DNA from: Nageia nagi
Taxonomy: Eukaryota; Plantae; Pinophyta
NCBI GenBank assembly: GCA_050084985.1
Contig: JBITNC010000001.1
Coordinates: forward strand, 98,580,001 to 98,644,000
DNA length: 64,000 nucleotides
Direction: 5' to 3'
In this document: in pieces, positions 37,766 through 50,269 of the stretch
Position numbering within the stretch: position 1 is the stretch's first letter
Layout of the letters: the number at the start of each line of letters is the position of its first letter
The notes under the pieces: model-generated
Database searches by the model: none
Told to the model about the DNA's origin: nothing
Seen by the model: the letters and a program-made list of their open reading frames with translations, nothing else
Made by a program: the position numbers and the translations under genes

Positions 37766-40700
37766 GGAAGAGACGAGCTGGTTGTCCTCTCCATGCATGC
37801 AAGTCTGTTAGGGTTTTCTCATCTCCCTTATCATACCGCATTAATCCTCATATTTTTTATGAGATTATTCTATCTTGACATGTTTGTGCATTTACGTCAC
37901 CTTGGGCAATGCATTGTCCTTTAAGTATGGTTGCCACTCGTAATGACACTTCATCATTGCATGAAGTTGCTAGAGTGGAAGATGGCACCCAACAATTACC
38001 CCTGCATGTTTCTACTAAAATTCGAGCATGAGGTAATGTTACTATCCCTCGAGTTTTTATTCATATAGAAGAGTTTCATAGTACTTGCCATTGGTTTGAG
38101 TCCACACCCTTATGGGTTATTTCCTTGGTCGTATTCCTAATGACACCCTTCTACGTACCTGGGTAAGTCAAGTGTTGAGTCCCTATGGTGTTAAAATTGA
38201 AAACATGCAAAACCTCACTAATGATTTTTTCTTATTTCAATTCTTTGACCCCTAAGATGCCCAAAACGTTCTTAACAAGGGCCCTTGGATAGTCCATAAC
38301 TCTCTCCTAGTCCTTTAGCCCTATATGCTAGGTTTTAATGTTGCTAATGAAGATGTCATGGATGTCCCTATTTGGGTGGAATTTCCTAGTCTTCCCATCC
38401 CTTTGGAAATTTTTGAAGTCCTTAGGTGAGTCCATTGGTCAATTTGTGTATTTTGAACTAGAGAGATTTTTCTCAGCTCGACCCTCATCATGAGTTTGTG
38501 TTAATATGGACCTAATTTGGGATCTTATCAAGTTTGTTGACATTAATATTGCTGAGGAGGGTTTACATTAAAGGGTGGAGTTCATTAGTCAACCTAACAC
38601 CTACTATCACTACCAATCACCAGACTATAAGTTTCTGACTGCTAGTTGATAGTGGGTAGATTCAAAGATAAACCTACTACTCCCCTAACATCATCTTCCC
38701 ACCCACCACCTTCTAATAAAGATTGAGAGGATGAATGGACCACTATTAATAATTGTCATAACCATCATTCTATCCCATAAGATTAGTTACTATGCCTCTA
38801 CCCTATGCTTCTAATTCTATGGTTTGGTTATCTCAGACATGCACCCATGAAGGTGGGTAATACTACTCCAATGCCTCCAACAAGCCACTCAACCTCCTTG
38901 TCTTATCCATCATCTACCCATTGAAGGTGGGTGCTTCTATTTGGTTCTGGTCCATCATTCACATCAATTATGGCTATGCCTCCTTCCCTCTTTAGGGTGG
39001 AGGATAGATCGAGAAGCAAGCTTCATCGATCACATAGCTCATAGAGATATGTTCACTATGGACCTCTTGAAAAATATCATCAGGTGGCCATCAAACAAGG
39101 TACATGCAACTCTTTTGAATTCCTACATGTTGTGAGGGATTCAAAGGATGCATGGAGCTTCTCACCCATGATGGTTCTCAATTATTTTTTTCTCTTGGAA
39201 TGTAAAAGGGTTGATAGACCCAACCCGTAAGTACATGATCTAAGGTGAGCTTGATGATATCACTCATTCTTATGGAATTTCGAACTTTATTTTTTGCAAG
39301 AAGTTAAAATTACTGATTTTATTCTGTAGTGTACCTATTCATTTTTCTATCATGGGGTCCTTTTTTCATAACAATCATTCAATTGGGAAAGGTCGTGTTG
39401 TCACTTTCATCTCTTCTAAGTGAAAATCAAATGTGGTTTCTTGGGTGACTGACCTCTCTCATCAAGTTGTCTGGGTTTTGCTCAAAATCTCGAGGAAGTA
39501 TTTGGTATTTTCAATATTTATGCTTCTGATGATGCTCATGATAGAAAGACTTATGGCGTTGGCTTGCCATCTCTCTTCCCTTTACCATGTGGGTCCTCTA
39601 TGGTGATTTTAGTATGGTGGAAAAACCTTTGATAAGATAAGTCAAAACCCCATGAGATGGAATTTGGGGGAACGAGAGGTTTGGTTCTTTATGAAAAATA
39701 AGCTTAGTCTATTTCATCCCAATGTTAGTTTCTCTCCTTTTGATTTTTTGAAAGTGCATTATTTACCTGGTTTAACTTTTAAACTAATTTGTTTGTGTTC
39801 TCAAAAGGCTTGATAGGTAAATGCTCTCTGAGAGCAATTTTTTCACTTTTAGCAACTTTCCCCTATTCTCCCCTTATTTTTCATGGTCCTTGGTACTACC
39901 TTGTCTGATCATTCATCTATTCTTTTTGTTATTACCTTCGATCAAGCTCCTGTTTGTGTTTTTAGCTCTTAGTTTTACCTCAATACCTCCTATTTGCAAT
40001 CACACTCTATGAGAGCTCATATCAGCCATATCTCAAACCTCATTCTGAGACCTTCTAGCTCCTCTGGCTATATTCAATGATGGAATAATTCTATCCTCTG
40101 CTCTACTAAGGTTATGCGCACTCTTGGGGTTGACTTTTCCAGATAGAGATGATAATCTAATCAGACTCTTAAAGTTGAACTTGCTCAGGTCACCTAGAAC
40201 CTTGAAGCTAATTCCTTCTTTATCCCTTCTCCAGCTTATGTTGTAGGCCTTCAACATGAAATTTGAAAAGCTAACCTTTATGAGGCTAAAGGAGCTCAAT
40301 TTCGGGCCTATCTCCATTGCCTTAAGGTTGTGGATAAAGTATCTAAAGATTTCTTTAGATTCCTTCATCCTCGTATTCATATGTCTCAATTCATTGCTAT
40401 TCAATCTGATGGTGTTTACCTCACCTCCCTTCTTGAGATCATTGTTACCTTGTCGCTCATTGTTAGAAGGTTTTTGTTTCTCAACCTCCTTTTTTTGTCA
40501 ACAAGCTTTGGAGGATTATTGTGTTGTCATGCCTCATCAGTTATCATAGGCTTAGAGGGATTTTTATGACACACCCCTTAGTTTAGAAGATCTGAAGACA
40601 ACTCTTTCTCATATGACCAATGATAAGGCACTTGGTATTGATGGTTTCCCTTGCAAAATTTATAAAGAATTTTAGTACATGCTAGGGCTAGACCTTCTTC

Positions 40701-43517
40701 AAGTATATAAAGAAGCTCTTGTAGTTAGTTCCTTGGGCCCTATGTTCAATAAAGGAAATAGCAAGTTCATTCTTAAGCTAGATGATCCAGAATGCATTAC
40801 TAATTGGCAGCCAATTACCTTGCTGAATGTTAGCTACAAAATTATTGCTAAAGCATTAGCCCTTAAGCTTCAACCTCTTCTCCCTTAAATTATTCATCCT
40901 AAGCAAATAAGGTTTGTTAAAGGCTGATATATTTTAGACAATGTCATTGCTATTTGGGAAGGTATGAAATGGGCTCATTCATCAAACTAAGAGGCTCTAT
41001 TTATTAAGATTGACTTTGAAAAGGCCTATGATAGGATTGAATGGTATTTTATCACTACCATGCTTATAGCTCTGGGATTCGACCCTACCTTTTCTCCTCT
41101 ATTAGGATGCTCTTCAGGGATGCCTTTATGGTGCTTACTATGAATGGTTCTCAATCAGATGGTATCACCATTGCTCACTCTATTCACCAAGGTTGTCCTC
41201 TTGCTCCTTCCTTATTCATTTTGGTTGTGGAAGCTTTTAGCTACCTTTTAGCCCATTCTATTGGTCAAGGTCTTATTTGAGTATCTCCCTTCCCAATTTG
41301 TAGGCTCAGCTCTTATTGGTGATTCATTTCTTACCTTGCATGAGGATGAACAATTTGTTAAGACTATTTTAAAATGTTTGGACACTTTTTATATTTCCTT
41401 TGGTTCCAGCATTCAATGGCAAAAAACCTCTAGTTACAGGTAATCCTTATGTCCCATGTTGGATTAGCTTGCTTGGTTACCCTAGAAATGGATTCATAAT
41501 GTTGAAATGTTCAAATTTCTTGGAATTCTCTTTACCTTTCAGGACTCCCTTGCATAACTGTGGAGTTTTTTGGTCCAAAAGGTAGAGAAAAACCTAAGTT
41601 ATTGGCTTAACATGAAGTTATCCTTAGCAAGGAAATTTCATATTTGTTCCAAAATTCTTGCATCCACTCATGTTTATTACTCTTCCTATTGGGTGTCATC
41701 CAAATTTATTATCAAAAGCTAAACAAGTTATTACAAGATTTCCTATGGTCTTCTAATATTCATAAGCAAGATTTTCACAAAGTGGCTTGGGAAACTTTTG
41801 CCTTCCTCGGGTAGCTAGTGGCATGGGTCTTTTGATTGCAATTCTCAAAGGTTTGCTTTGTGTGCTAAATGGATTCTCAAGGCTTTGGAGGGGAATGAAG
41901 CATGGAAGCTTTTGGTTCACCATTGAATTGCTTAGGGGCTTCCTTTTGGCAAGAAATCCTGGAAGGGTCTCTCCCTTTAGATCCTCCTTACTATTCCTAT
42001 AACCATTAACATTCCAGGTTCTTTTGTGATTAAAAGTATTTGGAAAGCCTGGAATCTCTCAAACTTGAACTTGGCTTCCATGGGAGGTTTTTAGACATAC
42101 TTTGCAACTTAAAGTAGAAGATAAAGTTACCTTTGATTGGTTATGAATCGAGCTCCCTTTTTGATCTAGTGGAAGCTTGGTCTCCACTTTCAAAAGCAAC
42201 GATGGTTCGATTGGTTATGGCCCAAGCATTTGAGTTTTATTAAATATAAGCCCCACCATGGATATTGCTGGCTTTCTCCCCACATCCTTATTTGTCATAT
42301 CTCAATATTTGATGGGATCTTATTTCCCCCAGTCCCGATTGTCTCTGCATTTTTCTATTACCTAGGCTAAGTATTTAGAACCTAAGCAAAGTTTTTTTCT
42401 TTGGAGTCTTCTACATCAAGGTCTCCCTATTGGGCATCATCATACTTATTTAAGGTGGTTAATCCTACTTATCCTTATTTTCAAGAGTTTGAAGAATTTC
42501 CTCATATTTTTTGGTCATGTTTTAAGGCTAGGCAGGCTTGGGAATGGATTCGTTTCTTTTATCTCCTTACTCTTGGGTTCATGCCATTTTGGGGGACCCT
42601 CTTCTTTTTTTAGAGCCCTTAGGCAAAGTCTAGCATATTTTCAGATCTAGTATTCTTTATCATCTCTGGAAAACCCAAAATAATATTATTTTTGGTTGAT
42701 AAGTGCCTTTGACCACCTTCTCTTTGGTTGATAAATATGTTATTTTCTATGATTGCTGATTGTAGATTATAGTTAAAGTTGAGAAAGTTCATGTGGAGGT
42801 TTAGCACTTACATAAATTGCTAGACCACTAGGGGAATGTTCCTTGCACTCTTAGCTATGTCCCTCCTAATGATATTCCTCCTCGTTGGACAAGTTCTTAT
42901 GGAGCTCCTTGTCATCAATCTCATAGTCGCACCCTAACTCAGTTACTATGAGTGTCACTCCTACAAACTCCTCACATCATTGGTCATAACCTCTACTTAA
43001 CCCCAAGCACATACATCTCGGAGAGGCCTCTACCTCTCATTCTTAGAGAGGGTGGGATGTTCCATTGAAAATTTTTGCCTCGATTGTTGGATGGGAAAAT
43101 GTTTCAAATCCCTCTCCTCTGTAAGCTCAGGATATTGATATGTATGCCAATGCCAGCTATAGTACTTGCAATGATGGATGAAATATGGCTCCTACTGAAG
43201 GTAGTGGGTGGGAGCATATGTAATTTATTGACAACTTACACCCACCATCCTCTCATGATTGATGCAGTGTTTTATGTTGATAAATGTTAAGCTTTTTGTG
43301 GTTGTTTTGGTTGGTGATTGTGAATTCTACGATTTTTTATTGGTAGTTGCATCTATTCTTTTTTGGTGCATTTCTCACTCTATAAGGGTTTTGTACTTAA
43401 CTCCTTGTAGTTAATTTATGGTTGTGGTTGTCCACGGGGTGTGCTTGAATTCCATCCATCCTCTTTTGTATGAAAAAGTTTTTAGTTATATAAAAAGTCT
43501 TTTTTATAAAAAAAAAT
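37766..43517 (+). mobile_element. Near full-length decayed L1-type LINE (ORF1 DUF4283, endonuclease, RT, zinc finger, A tail)
   Basis: MGYFLGRIP...FFLFQF...KGPW...PIWVEFPSLP; SWNVKG; NIYAS; GDF; KALGIDGFP; WQPITLLNVSYKIIAKAL; KIDFEKAYDR; HQGCPLAPSLF; A-rich end at ~43506-43517. Confidence 0.93.
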
Positions 43518-43619
43518 TGAAATTCAATCTCCAATAGGAATGACGCAATGATGGAACCTTGAACTTAAGGATAATAAACCAATTCTAAGTTGTGAGTGTG
43601 TGTAGATAAATAAATTATA

Positions 43620-45100
43620 ATATAAAAAAATTTAAAATCCAAAATACAATAATCTAACTATATATATCTATATAGGTGCATGCACTTTTCTAAACTATGT
43701 TATATATAATATGTGTGAGGGGGTGAGTTGTAGATTCCATCTTTTGAAAAAAAAGGTCGGATAATGTTGAAGGACGTGGAAAACATAGTTTAGAAAAGTG
43801 CATGCACCTGGTATATATTATATATATATATATATATATGGTGCCATGAGCCTATGGTGATGACTTGACACCACTCACTATATTGGCTTTATAAGTAAAT
43901 AAAATGCTTTTTGTTTTAAAACTCACACCATTGGTTTATTTATTTATAGTTTTTATTTAAATAAAAGTTTAGAAATTGGTTGTTATTGTTATATATATAT
44001 AAATATTAAATAATTAAAATTTGATTTAGTCAATTATTTAAAAATAAAATTAATTGATTTAAGAGTTAATTTGTTTTTATTTAAATTTGAAATATATAAA
44101 CCATGTTTCAAGTTTAAATTTATAAAAAAAAAAAAGAAATTTAATTAATAAAATTTGTAGTGGATTTTAGAAGATATGTAGATGATGAAAAATATATAAG
44201 AAAAAAATTACAAAAAAAAAATCTCCAATGCACATGGAAATTTGATGGATGTTCAAAGAAACATGTGCTTGTATCAAATTTCAAAATCTCAGCTTGTTAT
44301 TAATAATATTTGTGTATTATATTTATATAGTAAGTTAAAATGTTAATAGCCATTTTAAGTTTTAAAAGAGATTTAATATATATAGAGATTTGATATTTAA
44401 ATGAGGATTTAAATATTATATTTGTATTTGCTAATATTACATTGAATGGAAACTATTGATTAAATCTTATGTATATATATAATTTGATATATCATATAAA
44501 CCTTTACAACCTTAAGTTACGACCTTTCATGTTCATACTCAAATAAGACAATATTAACAAAATTTTAAATAATAAAATAGATTATAGATGAGATTCTAAG
44601 TTTAGGGAATGACTTAAAAATAATATTATTAAGGTTCATCATTAGAGAAATATTTTTAATACTAGTTAGGTTGCTCAAAATATTTCAAGGATAAATTTAA
44701 ATCATGAATAAGACTTTGATATTAAAGAAAGGTATTAACATTTAATGCATGAATATGATAGATCATGGATGGTTAATGATGCTTTAAGAATATTTGATAT
44801 TGATATAAATTATTTACCTTATGTAAAGACGCTATTATTATGTGAGGTTTGAAACTCAATTAACCTTATTGAGTTGGATAATTATTAATAAATGGTCATG
44901 GGTTTGATGTTTAAATGAGTGGATTTGAATTATTATTTTTTTTGAATTATTCTTAAATAAATCGATATTAAGAATGACTTGTCAATTTTCTTTTTACAAG
45001 GGACAAGAAGTCTTCTTTAGCATGGGTAGATGCTTATAATGAATAGTCCTTCAATATGAAATATTATTTAAACATGAATCTAAGGATCAAGGTTGATCAT
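43620..45100 (+). repeat. Dispersed repeat, copy A right part
   Basis: Aligns to ~56820-58430 (tttaaaatccaaaatacaataat; cctatggtgatgacttgacaccact; ggacaagaa..cttt.ttagcat). Confidence 0.8.
43674..43809. repeat. Perfect 28-bp inverted repeat flanked by (TA)n
   Basis: aggtgcatgcacttttctaaactatgtt (43674-43701) and its reverse complement (43782-43809). Confidence 0.95.
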
Positions 45101-47399
45101 AAATCATGATTAAATTGGAACTTGCGCAAGATTTTATTATAGCTTGTAATATTTCAATATGATGGTAAGTTTACCAAATGATTTTTAGATGAATCCATAT
45201 TTTGCTTTAATGCATAAGTGATACAAGTGTACATCGTATATGATGTGTCGATTATTTTTGGTGAGATGTTTTCTATATGAATTTGGTATTGTATGAATGT
45301 ATTATAAAATAGAAATGCATTTTATTTGAATACCTATTTTTGATCCTGAAAACTTGCTTATCTTGGATGTGGTTACTAGTTTGATAATGGTACGAGAAAG
45401 TTTGTTGATGGTGAAGAACATGGATGCTTAGGATGGGAAATCTATTATGTATTGAGAAGTTATGTATTTGTTTTTATTCATGCATATACTTAGTAAAAAT
45501 AATATATACTTTTGTATACGAGTATATATCAAAATTTGTAATAGAGATATGTATTTATTTTCCTTGATTATTTTTTAAAGGAATATGTGTTTATGTTTAA
45601 CAATTATCTCCAAAAAGGTGATTACATTTGTATTAGTATGAATATTAAATATTAGAAAAATGTAAAGTTTCAAATGTGATTTATAAATGAATGATTTGGT
45701 TAATATTGTTATTGATTGATTTGGAATATTTATTGTTAAATAACAATTATGTGAAATTTGGACATTTCATTTGGTATCATATCGTAAAAGTCATAGGCTA
45801 GTGCTTCTTGGCAATAATTTAATTTTTTTATTTCTTATTTGTTATGTTTTTCTAGTAGTTAGGATTTTGATATTTGTGATTTATTAATTAAGAACCTTTC
45901 AGGAAAGTACTTAAGACTATATTTATCTAGGTTAGATAAAGCCAACACACCTTTGCTCAAGAATGGTGAATTGGTTATTCTTAGCATGGTGGTATATCGT
46001 GGGAGTTATGGGTAGGTGGATACCATGGGTAAAGTGGTGGCCTCTCACGAGTGTTATGGGTAGGAGAGAGATAATCAATCAATATCATAGAGTGATATTG
46101 ATGTTTGATATATATAACAGGTTGGTGATATGGGTATGATCTATTAAGGCATTACATTTAAGGTCACTTACATGAGGTATCATGATAAGCGATAAGAAAT
46201 ATGTGTCCCTCTTAGATGTATGAGCCCTAAGAAGAACCCAAAGGTCATAAGTGATATAAGTGGTTTGTATATGGGACACGTATGAACTATGAGTGCTAAG
46301 TAATCTAAACATGGAAGATGTTTTGAATTACTAGATATCAAGTGACTTGGATGTTGGTGGGAATGATCACTATAATCCACTTGGGGGTTGTTGGCTACAA
46401 CTAGTTTAAAACCCCAAATGTGGATTTTTGCCTTAATCCAAATTATAAAATTTGAAGGTGTGATTAGGATAGGATTAGTAAAATATCCCTTTTACTTTGA
46501 AAACTTTAAATTATTCAACTTGTGACTATTTGTGGAATTGAATTTCAAAGTTTGATATTGGGGATTTTCTTAAATCTTATTTGTTTGTGAGGTGTATTCA
46601 CCTCATTGAATGCTCTTAACTTTGTTAAGATTTATTTGGATTTTGTTAAATACCAGTATTGTATTTTATGAAATTAATTTTTTTTATTATTATGCTAATG
46701 ATTTTTTTTTAGTCTAGCATGCTTGGGGTGATGATTTTCATTATTGTTGTTGATGAGAATAGTTAGGGATAAGCTAGTGATCAGGGGGTAAACCATATCC
46801 CTTTAAATTTATCAAGGTAGAAAATGGACCTTGATAAAATAATATTTTGACCATTAAACAAAATAAATTGAAATATTTTGAGTTGATTGGCCATGAACAA
46901 GAAAAGTTTCATAAGTAAGGTGAAAGTTTTTCTTGACAAAAGAACCTGAGAGGAACTTTTTTAAGTTCATAGGTCAACTTATTGTTTTGTGGAGAATGCC
47001 ACTAAGGATTTCAAAACCTGAGAATAAAGTTTGCATTATTTTTGTAAAATTTTGCATACAACATCAATGTGAAGATAAAGTATGGCACCATTAAAAGGGA
47101 TTTTGGTAAAATCTTGTTCATCTTTCTATATAATTATGAAATTGAGTAGAAATATTATAAACATGCTTCATATGCAACTAAAAATTTTCTCATTTAAACA
47201 TACTTCATTTTTTCTTGAAAAATTAGAGATATATTAATTTATGCTTATGAATTAAACATTATGTTAGAACTAATGTTTGTTATTAAGATGAAATAGCTTG
47301 ACAATTTTTGAAAATACAAGAATTTTACAGATGTTGAATGTTGAAAGTTTTTTCAACTTGGAAAATTATTTTTGATAATAAGGGTTAATTATATTATCA

Positions 47400-49020
47400 A
47401 AAAGCGATGAGGGGTTTTATTTGAATCCCAAAAAAATCAATCACAAAATTGTTTCCAAAATAGGAAACTACTACTAACTATACCTAGTGGCATAAGATGC
47501 AATAAAAAAACTATTAACAAAATAAATTCAAACGCTACCTAGCTATAACCTATTGGTAGCCCCGATGCAACCTACTGTATAAAAGTTAGCAACAAAAAAT
47601 CATCAAATTGTAGTCAAAATGCATTTGAATTATAGTTCGAATACAACCCAAATGCCTTTTTATTACAAGAATATTCTAATTTAGAAATCCTTTATTCAAC
47701 CCAAAAGTAGGTTGAGATTTGTTGATCCCATGTAAAGTTGATTGTTTTCCATTTGTTATATCATATTCGATGAGTTTCTCTCTAATCTCTCCTTGGTATG
47801 GTCTTCCCACATATCTTTGTCCAATATTTCTTGTATTTTTGTAGTCCAATATATTTCTTTGTGGGATTACATCTTGGCCTTCTTATTGTTGTGTTGTTGT
47901 TTCTTGATTATTTGCATTCCTTTTTTTGTCACCTTTCTAATTCTTTCTCTATCTTCCCCTTCTACAGCTTCCATATTTATTGTTTAATCTTTTAAAAATT
48001 CTGAATTGTAATTTATTTCTTCCTTGTCTATTCCTTTTAAAATTGATATCACTACATAAGGGTTGTTGTGGTTGACTTCTTTCATCGAGCTTCATTTAAA
48101 GTTGACTATTTTTCTTGATGTAGTTCATTTTGTTTGCATTTCAATTGTATTCTTCTATTTTTTTTTTCTATTTTTTATTTCTAAATTAACTTCCACATTT
48201 GCTCTTTTTGTTTATCTTGTGTCTTCTTTTTCTGATTTTTTTCTCTCATTTCTTCATTCCTTCTTTTCTTTTTTGGGTAGTCATTTGCATAGTGCTCATA
48301 ACTCTTACAAATTCCATACTATATTGGTAGATTTTTTTATACGATCGGTTGCATCCATTCTCTTCCACTTTTTGTTTTTAATTTTATATCCTTCATCAAA
48401 GGTTTTGAAATATCTAAATTGATCACAAATCTTGCATCTGTAAACTTAATTTTTAATCTTGTTACTCACTCAATGGTAATACGGGATCCAATTGCTTTCA
48501 CAATTTTAGTTATTACATATGGGTGCTAGCAATATGAGTGAAGTATGGGTAGTGAGATCCATATTGGAACAAGTTTAAAATTTTCAATTTCAAGGGAGAA
48601 CTTTTTCTTCCATCTCTTGATGACTAATCCTTTCTTCCCAAGGAATTATGGACCCATCTCTATAACTTTTTGCAGGTCTTCATCAAATTGAAATTTGAAT
48701 AACAAAAATTCTCTTGGGAGAGCAATTAGGGATACCCACCCTTTTGTACTCCATCTTACTTTCATCCAACTTTGAATCATATCTAGAGGGGATTGTGCCT
48801 CAACAAAGTGACCAACAAAAGCTAATTTTAACCCATATTCTTCCTTTTCTATTATTATTTTTAGAATTATTATACTAACCTCATCATTATAGAATTCTTG
48901 TTCTAGTGCCATCCTGATTGCCTCCTCTACAAATGGTTTTTCTTGCATCAATAGACTTTTCCATTCCTTAGGGGGGGGCTTTGGATCAGGTTGCAATCTT
49001 GATTTATTCATCATATCTCA
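47400..49020 (-). mobile_element. LINE 5' fragment (ORF1 DUF4283 plus zinc knuckle)
   Basis: AFVGHF...SWMKVRW...LPREFLLFKFQFDEDLQKVIEMGP; RCKIC near 48430; left boundary approximate. Confidence 0.8.
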
Positions 49021-49574
49021 AACATCATTTAGTTGCATTTTGATAAGATTACAACTTCGCTAGGTTGTAATTTCTTAATAGCAAACTATCGTGCTTTTGA
49101 AATAATTCGTCTGCACTTCTGTTACTCTTTGCTCACACTTTTGTTACATCACGCTCATGCTTCTATTACATTTCTTATTTTATTTTTGTTCTTTATTCAT
49201 TTTCTAACTTAGAAAATTATTATCTTATGGTAGAAGATAAAATTAATTTTTTAAGTGTATGTATATGTTGAAGTAATCTCTACAGGTTCATAAGTTGTGA
49301 AAGATATCTCAAAATAAGAAAAGAGTGCTTCATCAAGTTGTTAGTAAAATTATTTTACAGTAATTCATTTTTATAGATGTAGAATATATCATTTTGAATT
49401 ATGATTTTTGCAATTATCCTAAAGTTTAGAATTGTTGTGAGTGTTTGTGTTTTCAGGTGTTCTCGAACCATTAAAAATGGATACCAAATTCAAGTAAGTA
49501 AATAGGAAATAACTGAATCAACAGTCCATGAGGGCAACTATGCATTTAGATATCATTATTGTAGATGCCTAAAA

Positions 49575-50209
49575 TGTTAGGATTTAAAGAGTTCATATAA
49601 CTAAGAGCATTCACAATTTGGATTGTCTTTGGCAAAGAAGAAACAACATTAAGCATACTACTGAAAATAAACATTCATAAACATCAATCACACAAGAGAG
49701 ACACAAGAGATAACATGGTTCACCCAGTGTAGGCTACATCCACGGAGAAGCTTTCAACTCTTTTGCATTCAAGTCCTCCAAGCAATACACCAGCAGCATA
49801 ACCTTGCTACAACCTTCACTTTGGAGTTACAACAAAGCCTCACTACAATCTCTCTCTCAATAATTATAATCAACCTCACAAATGCTGTCAAATTACAGTC
49901 ATACACACATATTCCAACTACATACATGCCTCAACTCAAGCCTCTTATTTATAGGTACAAACTAACCCAACTAAAACCCAAGTTGGATCAGGAAGGTCGT
50001 TAGGTAACCCCCAACCCTTCTACAACTGCTGAACAGGTGTCATGGCTCCTTGGCAACTGAAAATTGGTTTGAAATGAGAAAGAAACTGCCCTGCAGATCG
50101 GTTGGCTTTATAAACAAAACTATCCTTCAGATTTACTGGCATCTTAGCCGGTTGGCCGGCTGGCCTGTTCTGTCTGGCTGGTTCTATCTTAGTCTCCATT
50201 TTTCTAACA
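49575..50209 (-). repeat. 3' LTR of the young copia
   Basis: TG...CA; about 13 substitutions versus 54216-54850. Confidence 0.97.
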
Positions 50210-50269
50210 ATCTCCCACTTAGAGACTTCTTCCTCTGCAACAAGGGTAAAAAGCTCCTCATCTTGGCCT

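Noticed and set aside
44990-45300. CACTA transposase (DUF4216) or BAH domain
   Set aside because: Only vague resemblance in stop-ridden frames; not supportable
45770-46735. LTR element suggested by TGGTATCA at ~45772 and LTR-like sequence after it
   Set aside because: No partner LTR, TSD or coding domain could be established
47742-48422. Hydrophobic membrane-protein ORFs
   Set aside because: Antisense of the A-rich LINE ORF1 tail
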